From the IMG/VR virus record IMGVR_UViG_3300038314_000589, positions 1-35,160 of that record: a DNA stretch of 35,160 nt, one strand, 5' to 3'. Under the pieces are notes generated by a model, which did no database searches, was not told where the DNA came from, and saw only the letters and a list, made by a program, of their open reading frames with translations. The position numbers and the translations under genes are program-made. This DNA is from a virus (Duplodnaviria > Caudoviricetes). Below, in pieces: positions 9,514-17,087 of the stretch; positions within the stretch are counted from its first letter, which is position 1, and every line of letters begins with the position of its first letter.

Positions 9514-11004
9514 CTAAAGAATTGCCCAATCGTACAATTTCTCATTTGTATGCCCAGACTTGGTGGCTGGAGACGTGTTTTGTGAGGTGATGTGAGGCTT
9601 ATAAGCCCCCTTCATCGCATAATATAGTCCATCCAGCAAGTCATCATGTTTACCACGAGGATACAGTAAAAGTTCCCCCACAAGACTATCCATGTCCTTT
9701 TTTATCCAAACCTTCTTCTGAACAAAGAATGGCTGCATACTTTCAAGCCTGACACTCTTCTGAGTCCTCGGATTGTTCTTTAACTCTATCCCTGGTATAA
9801 ATATTCCTAATTCTTCACTCTTTGTGCGTAAATAGTCCCTTAACATCTCTTGATACCCAACAGTCTCTATCCTAGTCTTCATAGGATTGTATCGTCTCCA
9901 ATAAGCAATAACATTATCAGCAAGTTCCATAGGTTTGACTCTGTAGCGGTAAAAAGGTAAAACATAGCGATTATTATTAGTGTCAACAGCAACAGGCACA
10001 ATTGTCGAATAATCAGCGTGCTGCTTGGTACTTGATGCTGGGTCTACCCCCATAAATACGAAAACTGGGATATCTCCCTCATATGGATAGGTCATTCTAA
10101 GCGTCATTAGCTCAGAATCCTCATTGGGCAGCAAATGACCATCATAATACTGAATATCGTCCTCTTTGAACATTTGCTCCTCATCTCCAACGATCTGGCA
10201 CATATATTCCCTATAAAACATGGAAACACGTCCAATTGACTCTAAATCTCCCTTTTCAGACAATAATTTCTTTTTTGACCATACTTCTGGCCACAAAACA
10301 TCCTCACCGTCATCAGACATAGCCTGATAATGTTTTGTCGTCCATCCTCCCATCTGCGGGAGAGTCTCAACAATGCACCTTTGGTGCTGAGGAGTCCCAA
10401 TCACAAGTATCCTACCCTTCATTGCATCTAAGCCAGGAAGAACCTGCGTCAGTAACCATTTCAGGTTTTGCTCCATTGCTTCATCTGTTTTTGTATTATT
10501 GATATCTTCTGGGTCATCAACGACAAATAGCGTGGGTCTTTGATCGCCATGCTTCAATCCGATGACCTGCTGACCAGTACCTCTTGTGGTAATCAAGGTA
10601 CCATCCTTTAACACAACCTCATATTTCGTCCATGCCCTTGCAGTATGAGACCCCCAATAACCAAAAATAGCTCTAAAGCGCTTAGAATACTCAAGAACAT
10701 TCTTAATTGTATCAAGAAGTCTAACAGCGTGCCCTAATGTCTTTGAGGAAAGAACAACTAATTTGGGCCCCTCATCAAAGCATATATGAAAGAGAGGAAA
10801 CACACACGCACCAATGGAGGACTTGGCGTGATGACGAGGAGCCACTACACAAATCTTTTTATTATCAGAATCTGCCATTAACTCATAAAGCTCATGATGG
10901 AAAGTAGCAGACGGTGCTGTAAACATACCAGGCATCGTAGCCTTCCCAAACAGACCCATGTCATTTTTTAACTTATTACGTATCTGTGTTAAAGATTCTT
11001 TCAA
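9514..11004 (-). CDS. terL: terminase large subunit
   Basis: Walker A APRHHAKS, Walker B LFVVDDPE, coupling motif IGTP, RNase H-like GVDPA...DY and HDDLLDGL. Confidence 0.95.
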   Translation of the reverse strand: MKESLTQIRNKLKNDMGLFGKATMPGMFTAPSATFHHELYELMADSDNKKICVVAPRHHAKSSIGACVFPLFHICFDEGPKLVVLSSKTLGHAVRLLDTIKNVLEYSKRFRAIFGYWGSHTARAWTKYEVVLKDGTLITTRGTGQQVIGLKHGDQRPTLFVVDDPEDINNTKTDEAMEQNLKWLLTQVLPGLDAMKGRILVIGTPQHQRCIVETLPQMGGWTTKHYQAMSDDGEDVLWPEVWSKKKLLSEKGDLESIGRVSMFYREYMCQIVGDEEQMFKEDDIQYYDGHLLPNEDSELMTLRMTYPYEGDIPVFVFMGVDPASSTKQHADYSTIVPVAVDTNNNRYVLPFYRYRVKPMELADNVIAYWRRYNPMKTRIETVGYQEMLRDYLRTKSEELGIFIPGIELKNNPRTQKSVRLESMQPFFVQKKVWIKKDMDSLVGELLLYPRGKHDDLLDGLYYAMKGAYKPHITSQNTSPATKSGHTNEKLYDWAIL

Positions 11005-11014
11005 TTATTTCTTC

Positions 11015-11866
11015 TTACGCAAAGACCCCTTTATCCACTTCCTCTTTGACTTGCTCGTCCTTGGTTTTTTCTGTTTTCGCGTTCTCGGCTTTTTTCTGCG
11101 GTATTTTGCCATTTTTTAGTTCCTTACGATCTTCAGACCCAATAAGCTCTGATATATCATCAATTTCAGTCCCATAAAGAGCATCTATCTCCATATTGTT
11201 TGGTTTTTGATATTTTGCCCCTATTCCCATGATTTCTTTCAAATTTTCAGCCACACGAGTGATATTTCCTGGATCTCCCTTCTTTTCAGCAAGATCAGCA
11301 GCTTTCATGAATAAATCATAAACCGTTTGATGGGTTATCCCATATTCAGCTAATTCTTGGTCTAATTCCTGATCCACTATCTCTTTTATGTATTTCTTCT
11401 TAAGAAGATTTCTGGCAGTAGCGACTGGGTTTTTCTCATTCTTGGAGTAAATTCGTCCAAGGAGTCCATAATCGACTGAACCTCCGAGAAACATCTTGAC
11501 ATATGCTTTTGCAAATCGCTTATATCGTCCTGTGTTCTTTTTTTGCTCCCACCATGGTTTGGGGCTAACGCAGGAGAAGTTTCCTGTTTCTTTGTGTTTA
11601 AGGTATTCAAGCTTTCCATGTTTGCTGGCGAATTGACTTCCAAACGGGAAAACGATGTAATCACTCCGTTTGGTAACTCCTCTTTTGAGGCAGACAGACA
11701 CGTAACCGTCATCGGAGAGGCCAAAATCGCCTTTTGCACAGTTTTTCCATCCTTTGTACTCGATTCCGAGCTTATCAGCTTCTGCTTTGTCGTAGATAAA
11801 GTACTCTTGGTGGTAGTAGCCCCACTTTTTGCCCTTTTTGACATGTTTTCTGATGATTTTGTCCAT
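11015..11866 (-). CDS. terS: probable terminase small subunit with N-terminal extension
   Basis: Immediately upstream of terL; A.NLLK...IKE.V......GIT...V......A..KGD.....AE.L..I.G helical pattern of TerS. Confidence 0.55.
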   Translation of the reverse strand: MDKIIRKHVKKGKKWGYYHQEYFIYDKAEADKLGIEYKGWKNCAKGDFGLSDDGYVSVCLKRGVTKRSDYIVFPFGSQFASKHGKLEYLKHKETGNFSCVSPKPWWEQKKNTGRYKRFAKAYVKMFLGGSVDYGLLGRIYSKNEKNPVATARNLLKKKYIKEIVDQELDQELAEYGITHQTVYDLFMKAADLAEKKGDPGNITRVAENLKEIMGIGAKYQKPNNMEIDALYGTEIDDISELIGSEDRKELKNGKIPQKKAENAKTEKTKDEQVKEEVDKGVFA

Positions 11867-11888
11867 TTATCGCGGTTTTCCCCAGTTT

Positions 11889-12113
11889 TCATAACTCAAT
11901 AACCTCATAACCCTTAGGTAAGTTCCTAATCAGTACTATATCCAGATCCTTATAAAAGTCTTTATCACCATACTTATCCATACTTATCCTGTTTATGCAC
12001 ATATCCCCAAGGATATGTGCTGTACTAAGTCCCTTCTTAGTAAGAGTCTTAGTATTAGTACTAGATCTAGTCCTCATCAAAGACGATATCAAGTTCTTCA
12101 TAGACATTTCCAC
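11889..12113 (-). CDS. hypothetical protein (start uncertain; overlaps palindrome-rich DNA)
   Basis: ORF fills the gap between the Zn-finger gene and terS; sequence is rich in repeats, so coding status is doubtful. Confidence 0.35.
   Translation of the reverse strand: MEMSMKNLISSLMRTRSSTNTKTLTKKGLSTAHILGDMCINRISMDKYGDKDFYKDLDIVLIRNLPKGYEVIEL
11968..12071. repeat. cluster of short direct and inverted repeats
   Basis: CCATACTTAT x2 (11968-11987); GCACATATCC-CCAA-GGATATGTGC (11997-12020); TACTAAG-N6-CTTAGTA; TTAGTA x3; palindrome ACTAGATCTAGT (12060-12071). Confidence 0.75.
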
Positions 12114-12273
12114 ATGTTGTACATTTCAATATTTGGCTGGATTCCTTACTATGGCCATTCTTTTCCTTTTTCCTCGGAGATACCCAGATTTCCCTGGTGA
12201 GAAATAGATTACATTCATGACAGAGAGGTGTAGGCCTATCTAATGATTCTACTTCTTGTATGGATAGTTCCAT
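12067..12273 (-). CDS. small zinc-ribbon protein
   Basis: CHEC...CTTCG; first gene of the leftward operon. Confidence 0.6.
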   Translation of the reverse strand: MELSIQEVESLDRPTPLCHECNLFLTREIWVSPRKKEKNGHSKESSQILKCTTCGNVYEELDIVFDED

Positions 12274-12355
12274 ATACTATAATATCCCACAATATAGGCT
12301 AAAGTTCCTAAAGAAATACTTAAAAGTCAAGTTTTTTTTAAAAATTATACTGTTA
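12274..12355. promoter_or_regulatory. divergent promoter region between late and early operons
   Basis: AT-rich; TTGACT on minus strand (12330-12325) without a good -10; TATACT on plus strand (12346-12351) just before the structured leader, without a good -35. Confidence 0.45.
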
Positions 12356-12464
12356 ATGTGAGTGTGAGGTATATCTATACCCTAACCCCCTCGGATAATG
12401 GGTGCTGGGCTTGTATTTAGTTGAGAAATCGGGCTCAGTACCATCAATAAATCACACTCAACAT
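12356..12464 (+). ncRNA. structured 5' leader of the early operon
   Basis: TGAGTGTGA(12359-67)/TCACACTCA(12452-60) closing stem; inner GGTGCTGGGCTTG/CGGGCTCAGTACC 13 bp with 4 G-U pairs. Confidence 0.6.
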
Positions 12465-12483
12465 AAATAAGGAGAGTAACATT

Positions 12484-12870
12484 ATGTTATTCGCAAAAGA
12501 AACTAAAGAGACCGATTCCCCAACTAAATCCGATCCCATCCTTAATCCTGATACGGTGGAGAAAGTCAAAGCTAAGTTCACCCCATCTAACGAAGAGGTA
12601 ATAGCCCATTTCGATATGTATGGTGGTAAGCCAGGCGAATTGGAGCCTGTTGAAGATCTAGTGGATGCCGATTTAGTGACGGTACCGAGGCGTCATGATG
12701 ACCGTGATAAGGAGATGACCAAGCAACAGGCTCTCCAGGTAAGGGACGCTATTGGGTTCAAGGGTAATGTCTCAGCATCAGATTCAGGCAAGTCTTGGTG
12801 CATTTACAGGTCAAGTGACGGCGGTGGTTATAGGCATACGCTTACTATACCAGCCCCTACTTCAGCCTGA
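12484..12870 (+). CDS. first early gene, hypothetical protein
   Basis: AAGGAG RBS, 128 aa ORF, higher GC than downstream genes. Confidence 0.8.
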   Translation: MLFAKETKETDSPTKSDPILNPDTVEKVKAKFTPSNEEVIAHFDMYGGKPGELEPVEDLVDADLVTVPRRHDDRDKEMTKQQALQVRDAIGFKGNVSASDSGKSWCIYRSSDGGGYRHTLTIPAPTSA

Positions 12871-12880
12871 TCTGATAAGA

Positions 12881-13108
12881 AATGAACAACATCAGCACAT
12901 AATGCGATTAAATGACACTTGGAATACTAATTATAGACCGCCAAGTACAGCATTATGTGTTGTTCATTCACTGAGACTACGTCTATGGAAGGTTAGTGCA
13001 CCCAGCATTAACCTTTCATAGACTCGGACATAAAAAAAGGTTATACTGCACACAGGTTGGGAACTGGGAGAGAACAGTATTCAACTCCTAATCTGTGTTG
13101 TAGTACCT
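12881..13108 (+). ncRNA. three tandem long RNA hairpins
   Basis: 12881-12968; 12981-13023 (19-bp stem, 2 G-U, 5-nt loop); 13038-13108 (about 20 bp with 3 G-U). Confidence 0.7.
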
Positions 13109-13132
13109 AATAAATTGCAAACTGGAGGTACT

Positions 13133-13552
13133 ATGAGTATCAAACTGTATTCCGCTGTTTTCTTTAAATCAGGATTGCACATGACCTATGATTTCAATCC
13201 CGAACATGCTGTGTTGCCTGATGGTATAACATCTGGCGATAGACAATCAGTTCTCATTAAAGGTGTATCAATTCTAAATTCATTTGGTGTGTTATCATGT
13301 GAATGCGAGAACAAAAGACACGATGGTGTTATGAAATATCAAGAAAATGGAGTTACACCACTTCATATTACTTTGTATACTCATAAGAAGACTGAACCAA
13401 AAGAGGCTGGAACATTTCTTGAGTTGAATGTCGCAAGAGAGCCTTTTATGTCACCTTGCCGTTTATTTGGTAAGTGGGGCTTCATGAGAGCTAATGGTAA
13501 GATTGATTATACACCGTCAATGGAAGCAAATTTTGCTTCTACTATTATTTAA
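13133..13552 (+). CDS. 2H phosphoesterase family protein
   Basis: Two HxT motifs, LHMTY (H16) and LHITL (H78), followed by P.EAG.FL; 139 aa from ATG 13133 with GGAGG RBS. Confidence 0.75.
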   Translation: MSIKLYSAVFFKSGLHMTYDFNPEHAVLPDGITSGDRQSVLIKGVSILNSFGVLSCECENKRHDGVMKYQENGVTPLHITLYTHKKTEPKEAGTFLELNVAREPFMSPCRLFGKWGFMRANGKIDYTPSMEANFASTII

Positions 13553-13562
13553 GGATACTAAT

Positions 13563-13733
13563 ATGGCTAAATCAAAACATCATAAAAAGAAGAGACCTAA
13601 TTCAATATGGATTAAACAGCAAGGTAAAAGACGGTCTTATACTCAATGGTTTAATGGAAAAAAGAGGACTAAGAACCGTTCAGGTACATCACTAATTCAA
13701 GGACTTAAGAACAATATAAGGAAAAAAGGATAA
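13563..13733 (+). CDS. small very basic protein (56 aa)
   Basis: AAGGA RBS, ATG 13563, K/R-rich, TAATG coupling to next gene. Confidence 0.6.
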   Translation: MAKSKHHKKKRPNSIWIKQQGKRRSYTQWFNGKKRTKNRSGTSLIQGLKNNIRKKG

Positions 13734-14194
13734 TGAAAAGGATAACTTGGAATCTAAGGAAACAGAACCCGTATTGGCATACATTCTTACATATAGGTAA
13801 ACAACGGATACATTGCTTATGGAGTTCATTTATGCAGATTGATCTTCATGGATATGCTGTAACTATTGCAGTAGGTAGATATAAAGTAAAGTTCTGGAAA
13901 GGATGGTGGAAAAAAGATATATTGTCCAGGATAGAGACATCTAATAGACTATTGGATGGGCCTACTTATATGAGATTAAAAGACGAAAACCCATATAATC
14001 CATCTAATTCTGGTACTCGACTCAAAGATTATGCAGATCATCCTTACTTTACTGATCTAAGATCAAGATATAATAAGAGTCAATCAGCAGAGTCATACAG
14101 AACAAGACAGCGTTCGAGATGTGATTTATCTCTTAATACTCAAGAATATAGCAGGATAAAAGAAGAAATAACTAATAGGATGACTCAAATATGA
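13733..14194 (+). CDS. hypothetical protein, Trp-rich N-terminus
   Basis: ORF with stop/start overlaps on both sides. Confidence 0.7.
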   Translation: MKRITWNLRKQNPYWHTFLHIGKQRIHCLWSSFMQIDLHGYAVTIAVGRYKVKFWKGWWKKDILSRIETSNRLLDGPTYMRLKDENPYNPSNSGTRLKDYADHPYFTDLRSRYNKSQSAESYRTRQRSRCDLSLNTQEYSRIKEEITNRMTQI

Positions 14195-14523
14195 AGTATA
14201 CTCAAGATGGCTGGAAACAGTTACAGCAGAAGACACAACCAGACAGAACAGCTCTATTCTTAGAACAGATACTTGTACCAGTAGGACAACAGATGTTTAG
14301 AGAGATGGTGGATAAAAACAGGAAGGATATAAAAAAGATAGAGTCCAGCATCTTTAATCGTAGAAGAAGAAAAGTAAACATAAGCTCAGTATTTAAAGCA
14401 TTAAGTAAAACACCAAATGAGCTTAAATCAGACACTGTACTTAGAGAGTCAGTTAGACTATATTATAAAGGACTTAGACTGAAAAGGTTACTGCAAACTT
14501 GCAGTTTGCTACAAAGGAGCTGA
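14191..14523 (+). CDS. hypothetical basic protein
   Basis: ATGA overlap with upstream gene. Confidence 0.7.
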   Translation: MKYTQDGWKQLQQKTQPDRTALFLEQILVPVGQQMFREMVDKNRKDIKKIESSIFNRRRRKVNISSVFKALSKTPNELKSDTVLRESVRLYYKGLRLKRLLQTCSLLQRS

Positions 14524-14524
14524 T

Positions 14525-14809
14525 ATGAGAACTAAAAAAGACATTCAAGGTGTTATTAGGTCTTATACTGCTAATGCAGTATCAGTAACAAAAATAGGTG
14601 GATTTAATAGCAATAATCATATGGAAACATATTTAGCAATGATAAAGATACTATTATGGGTAATAGAAGAAAAAGGTGGATATGATGTACCAGAACATTA
14701 TTTGGAAGGTGATCCACATTGTTTATTTCATGGCCCAGAAAAGGATAAAGAAAAGACATTGTCAGTTACTGAAGAAGATATAGTATCATTTACAGAGCAA
14801 ATGATATAA
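14525..14809 (+). CDS. hypothetical protein
   Basis: AAGGAG RBS; operon context. Confidence 0.75.
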   Translation: MRTKKDIQGVIRSYTANAVSVTKIGGFNSNNHMETYLAMIKILLWVIEEKGGYDVPEHYLEGDPHCLFHGPEKDKEKTLSVTEEDIVSFTEQMI

Positions 14810-14812
14810 ATT

Positions 14813-15070
14813 ATGACAAATAAAAAGAGGACAAAAATGAAATATACTTGCATAGCCTGCGAATTTAAATACCACGCAGATGATATGGATGTAGATGAAC
14901 GGATGTGCTATAACTGTCTTGAAGAGAGTAAGGTTCATGAAAAGATAATAAGGATTCTTGACAGGTGTAACCTTTACGATCTCAGAACAATACAGGAAGC
15001 CCTTTATGAGATGGGGTTCAGAGAGAAGACGATGAGAAATTGGAAAAAGATGAAAAGGAGTTTAGTATGA
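14813..15070 (+). CDS. small zinc-finger protein
   Basis: CIAC...CYNC; true start may be the second Met (after AGAGG). Confidence 0.65.
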   Translation: MTNKKRTKMKYTCIACEFKYHADDMDVDERMCYNCLEESKVHEKIIRILDRCNLYDLRTIQEALYEMGFREKTMRNWKKMKRSLV

Positions 15071-15480
15071 CTACAAAACGGAAATATGTTAAAAAGACCG
15101 AGAAAGAACGTGAAGATATATTAAATACTGGCAATTATGCTGTAACTAAATGGTTAGATAAATCAGATGTGCCCTGGTTAAGAGCTGAACAGGCAAGACT
15201 TACTAAGAAAGGTTGGGACGTTACTGTGGAGAATAACCACGGATCTTATAGATTATTTGTAATCAGCAAGAATAATACTGTTAAAGAAGAAGAGTTACCG
15301 AAAACAAAAGTACTTGTTACTATGTATACAGGCTCAGAACTTTATGAGTTAAGGACTTGGCCTGATAGTCACGATATAATGGGTGATTATGGATGGAATC
15401 AGGTTGTAATATCCAGTAAGGACTTAGAACAACCAGCATACATTAAGAAAGTAACAGACTATCTCTTTACAGATGTATAG
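15067..15480 (+). CDS. hypothetical protein
   Basis: AAGGAG RBS and ATGA overlap give start 15067 (MTTKRK). Confidence 0.7.
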   Translation: MTTKRKYVKKTEKEREDILNTGNYAVTKWLDKSDVPWLRAEQARLTKKGWDVTVENNHGSYRLFVISKNNTVKEEELPKTKVLVTMYTGSELYELRTWPDSHDIMGDYGWNQVVISSKDLEQPAYIKKVTDYLFTDV

Positions 15481-15862
15481 TAACGTAGCACTTCACCTTA
15501 AAATAGATGGGAAAAGAAAGTTTGTAGGTAAACATATTGGGAATACTATTTATCGTGATTTCCCATTTAGTAAGGCTAAGTTAAGAAAAGGTGATGCCTT
15601 AGGCTCTGATATGAGATTATTAGAGTATGCAAGATATCATAATATAGCTGGTTTTGTCTTTACAGATCCTAAAAAGAAGGTATCATTTGCGATTTCTATG
15701 GATAACCTGGAAAAGTATTACTTTGAGTCACAGGAAAATCCTAAGGAAGGAAGACAATTCAGAGTTAATATGGAACATCTAAAGGAAATTAAATATATTA
15801 AGACAGATTACACTAATTTTGAAAGGGAGATACGAGATGGAATCACATATGAAAAAGTATAA
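15473..15862 (+). CDS. conserved-looking phage hypothetical protein
   Basis: G.HIG..I.R....ALG.D..LL.......F.D....F......G.QF.V pattern resembling an uncharacterised phage family. Confidence 0.65.
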   Translation: MYSNVALHLKIDGKRKFVGKHIGNTIYRDFPFSKAKLRKGDALGSDMRLLEYARYHNIAGFVFTDPKKKVSFAISMDNLEKYYFESQENPKEGRQFRVNMEHLKEIKYIKTDYTNFEREIRDGITYEKV

Positions 15863-16472
15863 TTGTGACAAATGTAATGATACTGGTAAGTACTTACAAG
15901 GTAGCGTTACAGGATTTAATGATGAGACAGAACAAGAAGAAGAAGAGTTCTGGTGGGAACCTTGTGATTGTATGTATAATACAGCATTTAATATGAAAGT
16001 AACAGCCAGTACAAAGCGAGCTAAAATAGCCCCTACCTCAAAGGAAGATAATATATACACAGATGATACAGTTGTTCCCAAGATCAATAATATTGATAAA
16101 GATGTTAATACAGAGAAATTCAATGAAGTAGCTAAAAAAATAGTATCAGGAAACTTTGGTAAGAAAAAGATTAATACTACATATCGTAAAGGTATCTTCT
16201 ATGATGAAAAAGGAGAGATTATTAGTAGAATAGTAGAAGATAAAAAACCACCAATTAACAAGACACATAAAGGTAACAATAAAAGAATATTAAAGTATAT
16301 TGATAGTCGAATGGATGAAGGTATCAAAAAGTTTGGACAAGAGATGCCGTTAGGGTTCTATACTGTTAATGATATATTGGAAGAAGTAGTAGATGCTTGT
16401 ATTTATGCCTCATCTTTATTAATTAAGATAGATGGAGCATATAAACGTATATTAAAAGAGGAAAACAAATGA
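15849..16472 (+). CDS. zinc finger fused to MazG-like (all-alpha NTP pyrophosphatase) domain
   Basis: N-terminal CDKCNDTG...PCDC; C-terminal R...GIKKFG..M......ILEEVVDACIY with EExxD; start ATG 15849. Confidence 0.6.
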   Translation: MKKYNCDKCNDTGKYLQGSVTGFNDETEQEEEEFWWEPCDCMYNTAFNMKVTASTKRAKIAPTSKEDNIYTDDTVVPKINNIDKDVNTEKFNEVAKKIVSGNFGKKKINTTYRKGIFYDEKGEIISRIVEDKKPPINKTHKGNNKRILKYIDSRMDEGIKKFGQEMPLGFYTVNDILEEVVDACIYASSLLIKIDGAYKRILKEENK

Positions 16473-16669
16473 ATACATTTATTATGATTGTAATAGGATT
16501 AACTTTTGGTTGGCTGTTTGTTATTATGCATAGATATTTATTATATAGACAAGAAGAACAACTGGAAAGTATTGTTCAAGAAGCAATAGTTCAGATTAAA
16601 CGACATCAAAAAAACTACTTTGATGCTGATCCATTATTTCGTAAATATAATGAGAGAAGAGGGCTATGA
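16469..16669 (+). CDS. small single-pass membrane protein
   Basis: Hydrophobic N-terminal helix FIMIVIGLTFGWLFVIM; GAGG RBS; ATGA overlap. Confidence 0.7.
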   Translation: MNTFIMIVIGLTFGWLFVIMHRYLLYRQEEQLESIVQEAIVQIKRHQKNYFDADPLFRKYNERRGL

Positions 16670-16884
16670 AAGAACCTCCAATAGAATATATTGCAAAGAG
16701 AATTAGAAAAGAGGAACCACCTTATGATCTTCAGATAATAAAAGAACTACTTATTAGAGCATATCGAGGACTTGATGGTGGTGCTATATGGATGGATTAT
16801 CCTGAATATTTCAAAGAATATCAAGCTGAACTATTGTTTGGTGAAAATGGAGAATGGCTTGCAAAAAGTGATACCTACGATTGA
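16666..16884 (+). CDS. hypothetical protein
   Basis: ATGA overlap; operon context. Confidence 0.65.
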   Translation: MKEPPIEYIAKRIRKEEPPYDLQIIKELLIRAYRGLDGGAIWMDYPEYFKEYQAELLFGENGEWLAKSDTYD

Positions 16885-17086
16885 TTTTAAAATACTTCAA
16901 AAAGACTATAAAGATCTAAAAGAAAAAGCAGATTTTATTGAAGAATGTCTTTCTTATACCGAAGATATATTAGATGAAATATCGTCTGAATCCAATCCTT
17001 CCTATTTAGATAAACTTGCAGAGAATTATTATAAATGGAAATGTAATAAGAAATTGAGAGATATTAATAGAAAGACAGCTGGATAG
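16868..17086 (+). CDS. small coiled-coil protein (start GTG 16868 or ATG 16847)
   Basis: Heptad pattern LQKDYKDLKEKADFIEECL; last gene before the hairpin cluster. Confidence 0.6.
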   Translation: MIPTIDFKILQKDYKDLKEKADFIEECLSYTEDILDEISSESNPSYLDKLAENYYKWKCNKKLRDINRKTAG

Positions 17087-17087
17087 A

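Noticed and set aside
11386-11892. 168-aa alternative-frame ORF over terS with an ATGA-coupled start
   Set aside because: S/T/K-rich composition typical of a shifted reading of a real gene; no recognisable motif.
12752-13021. 89-aa ORF spanning the first hairpin cluster
   Set aside because: Overlaps the upstream gene out of frame, lacks an RBS, and the region is better explained by RNA structure.
16469-16669. Holin
   Set aside because: Single TM protein in the early operon with no adjacent endolysin; function unsupported.
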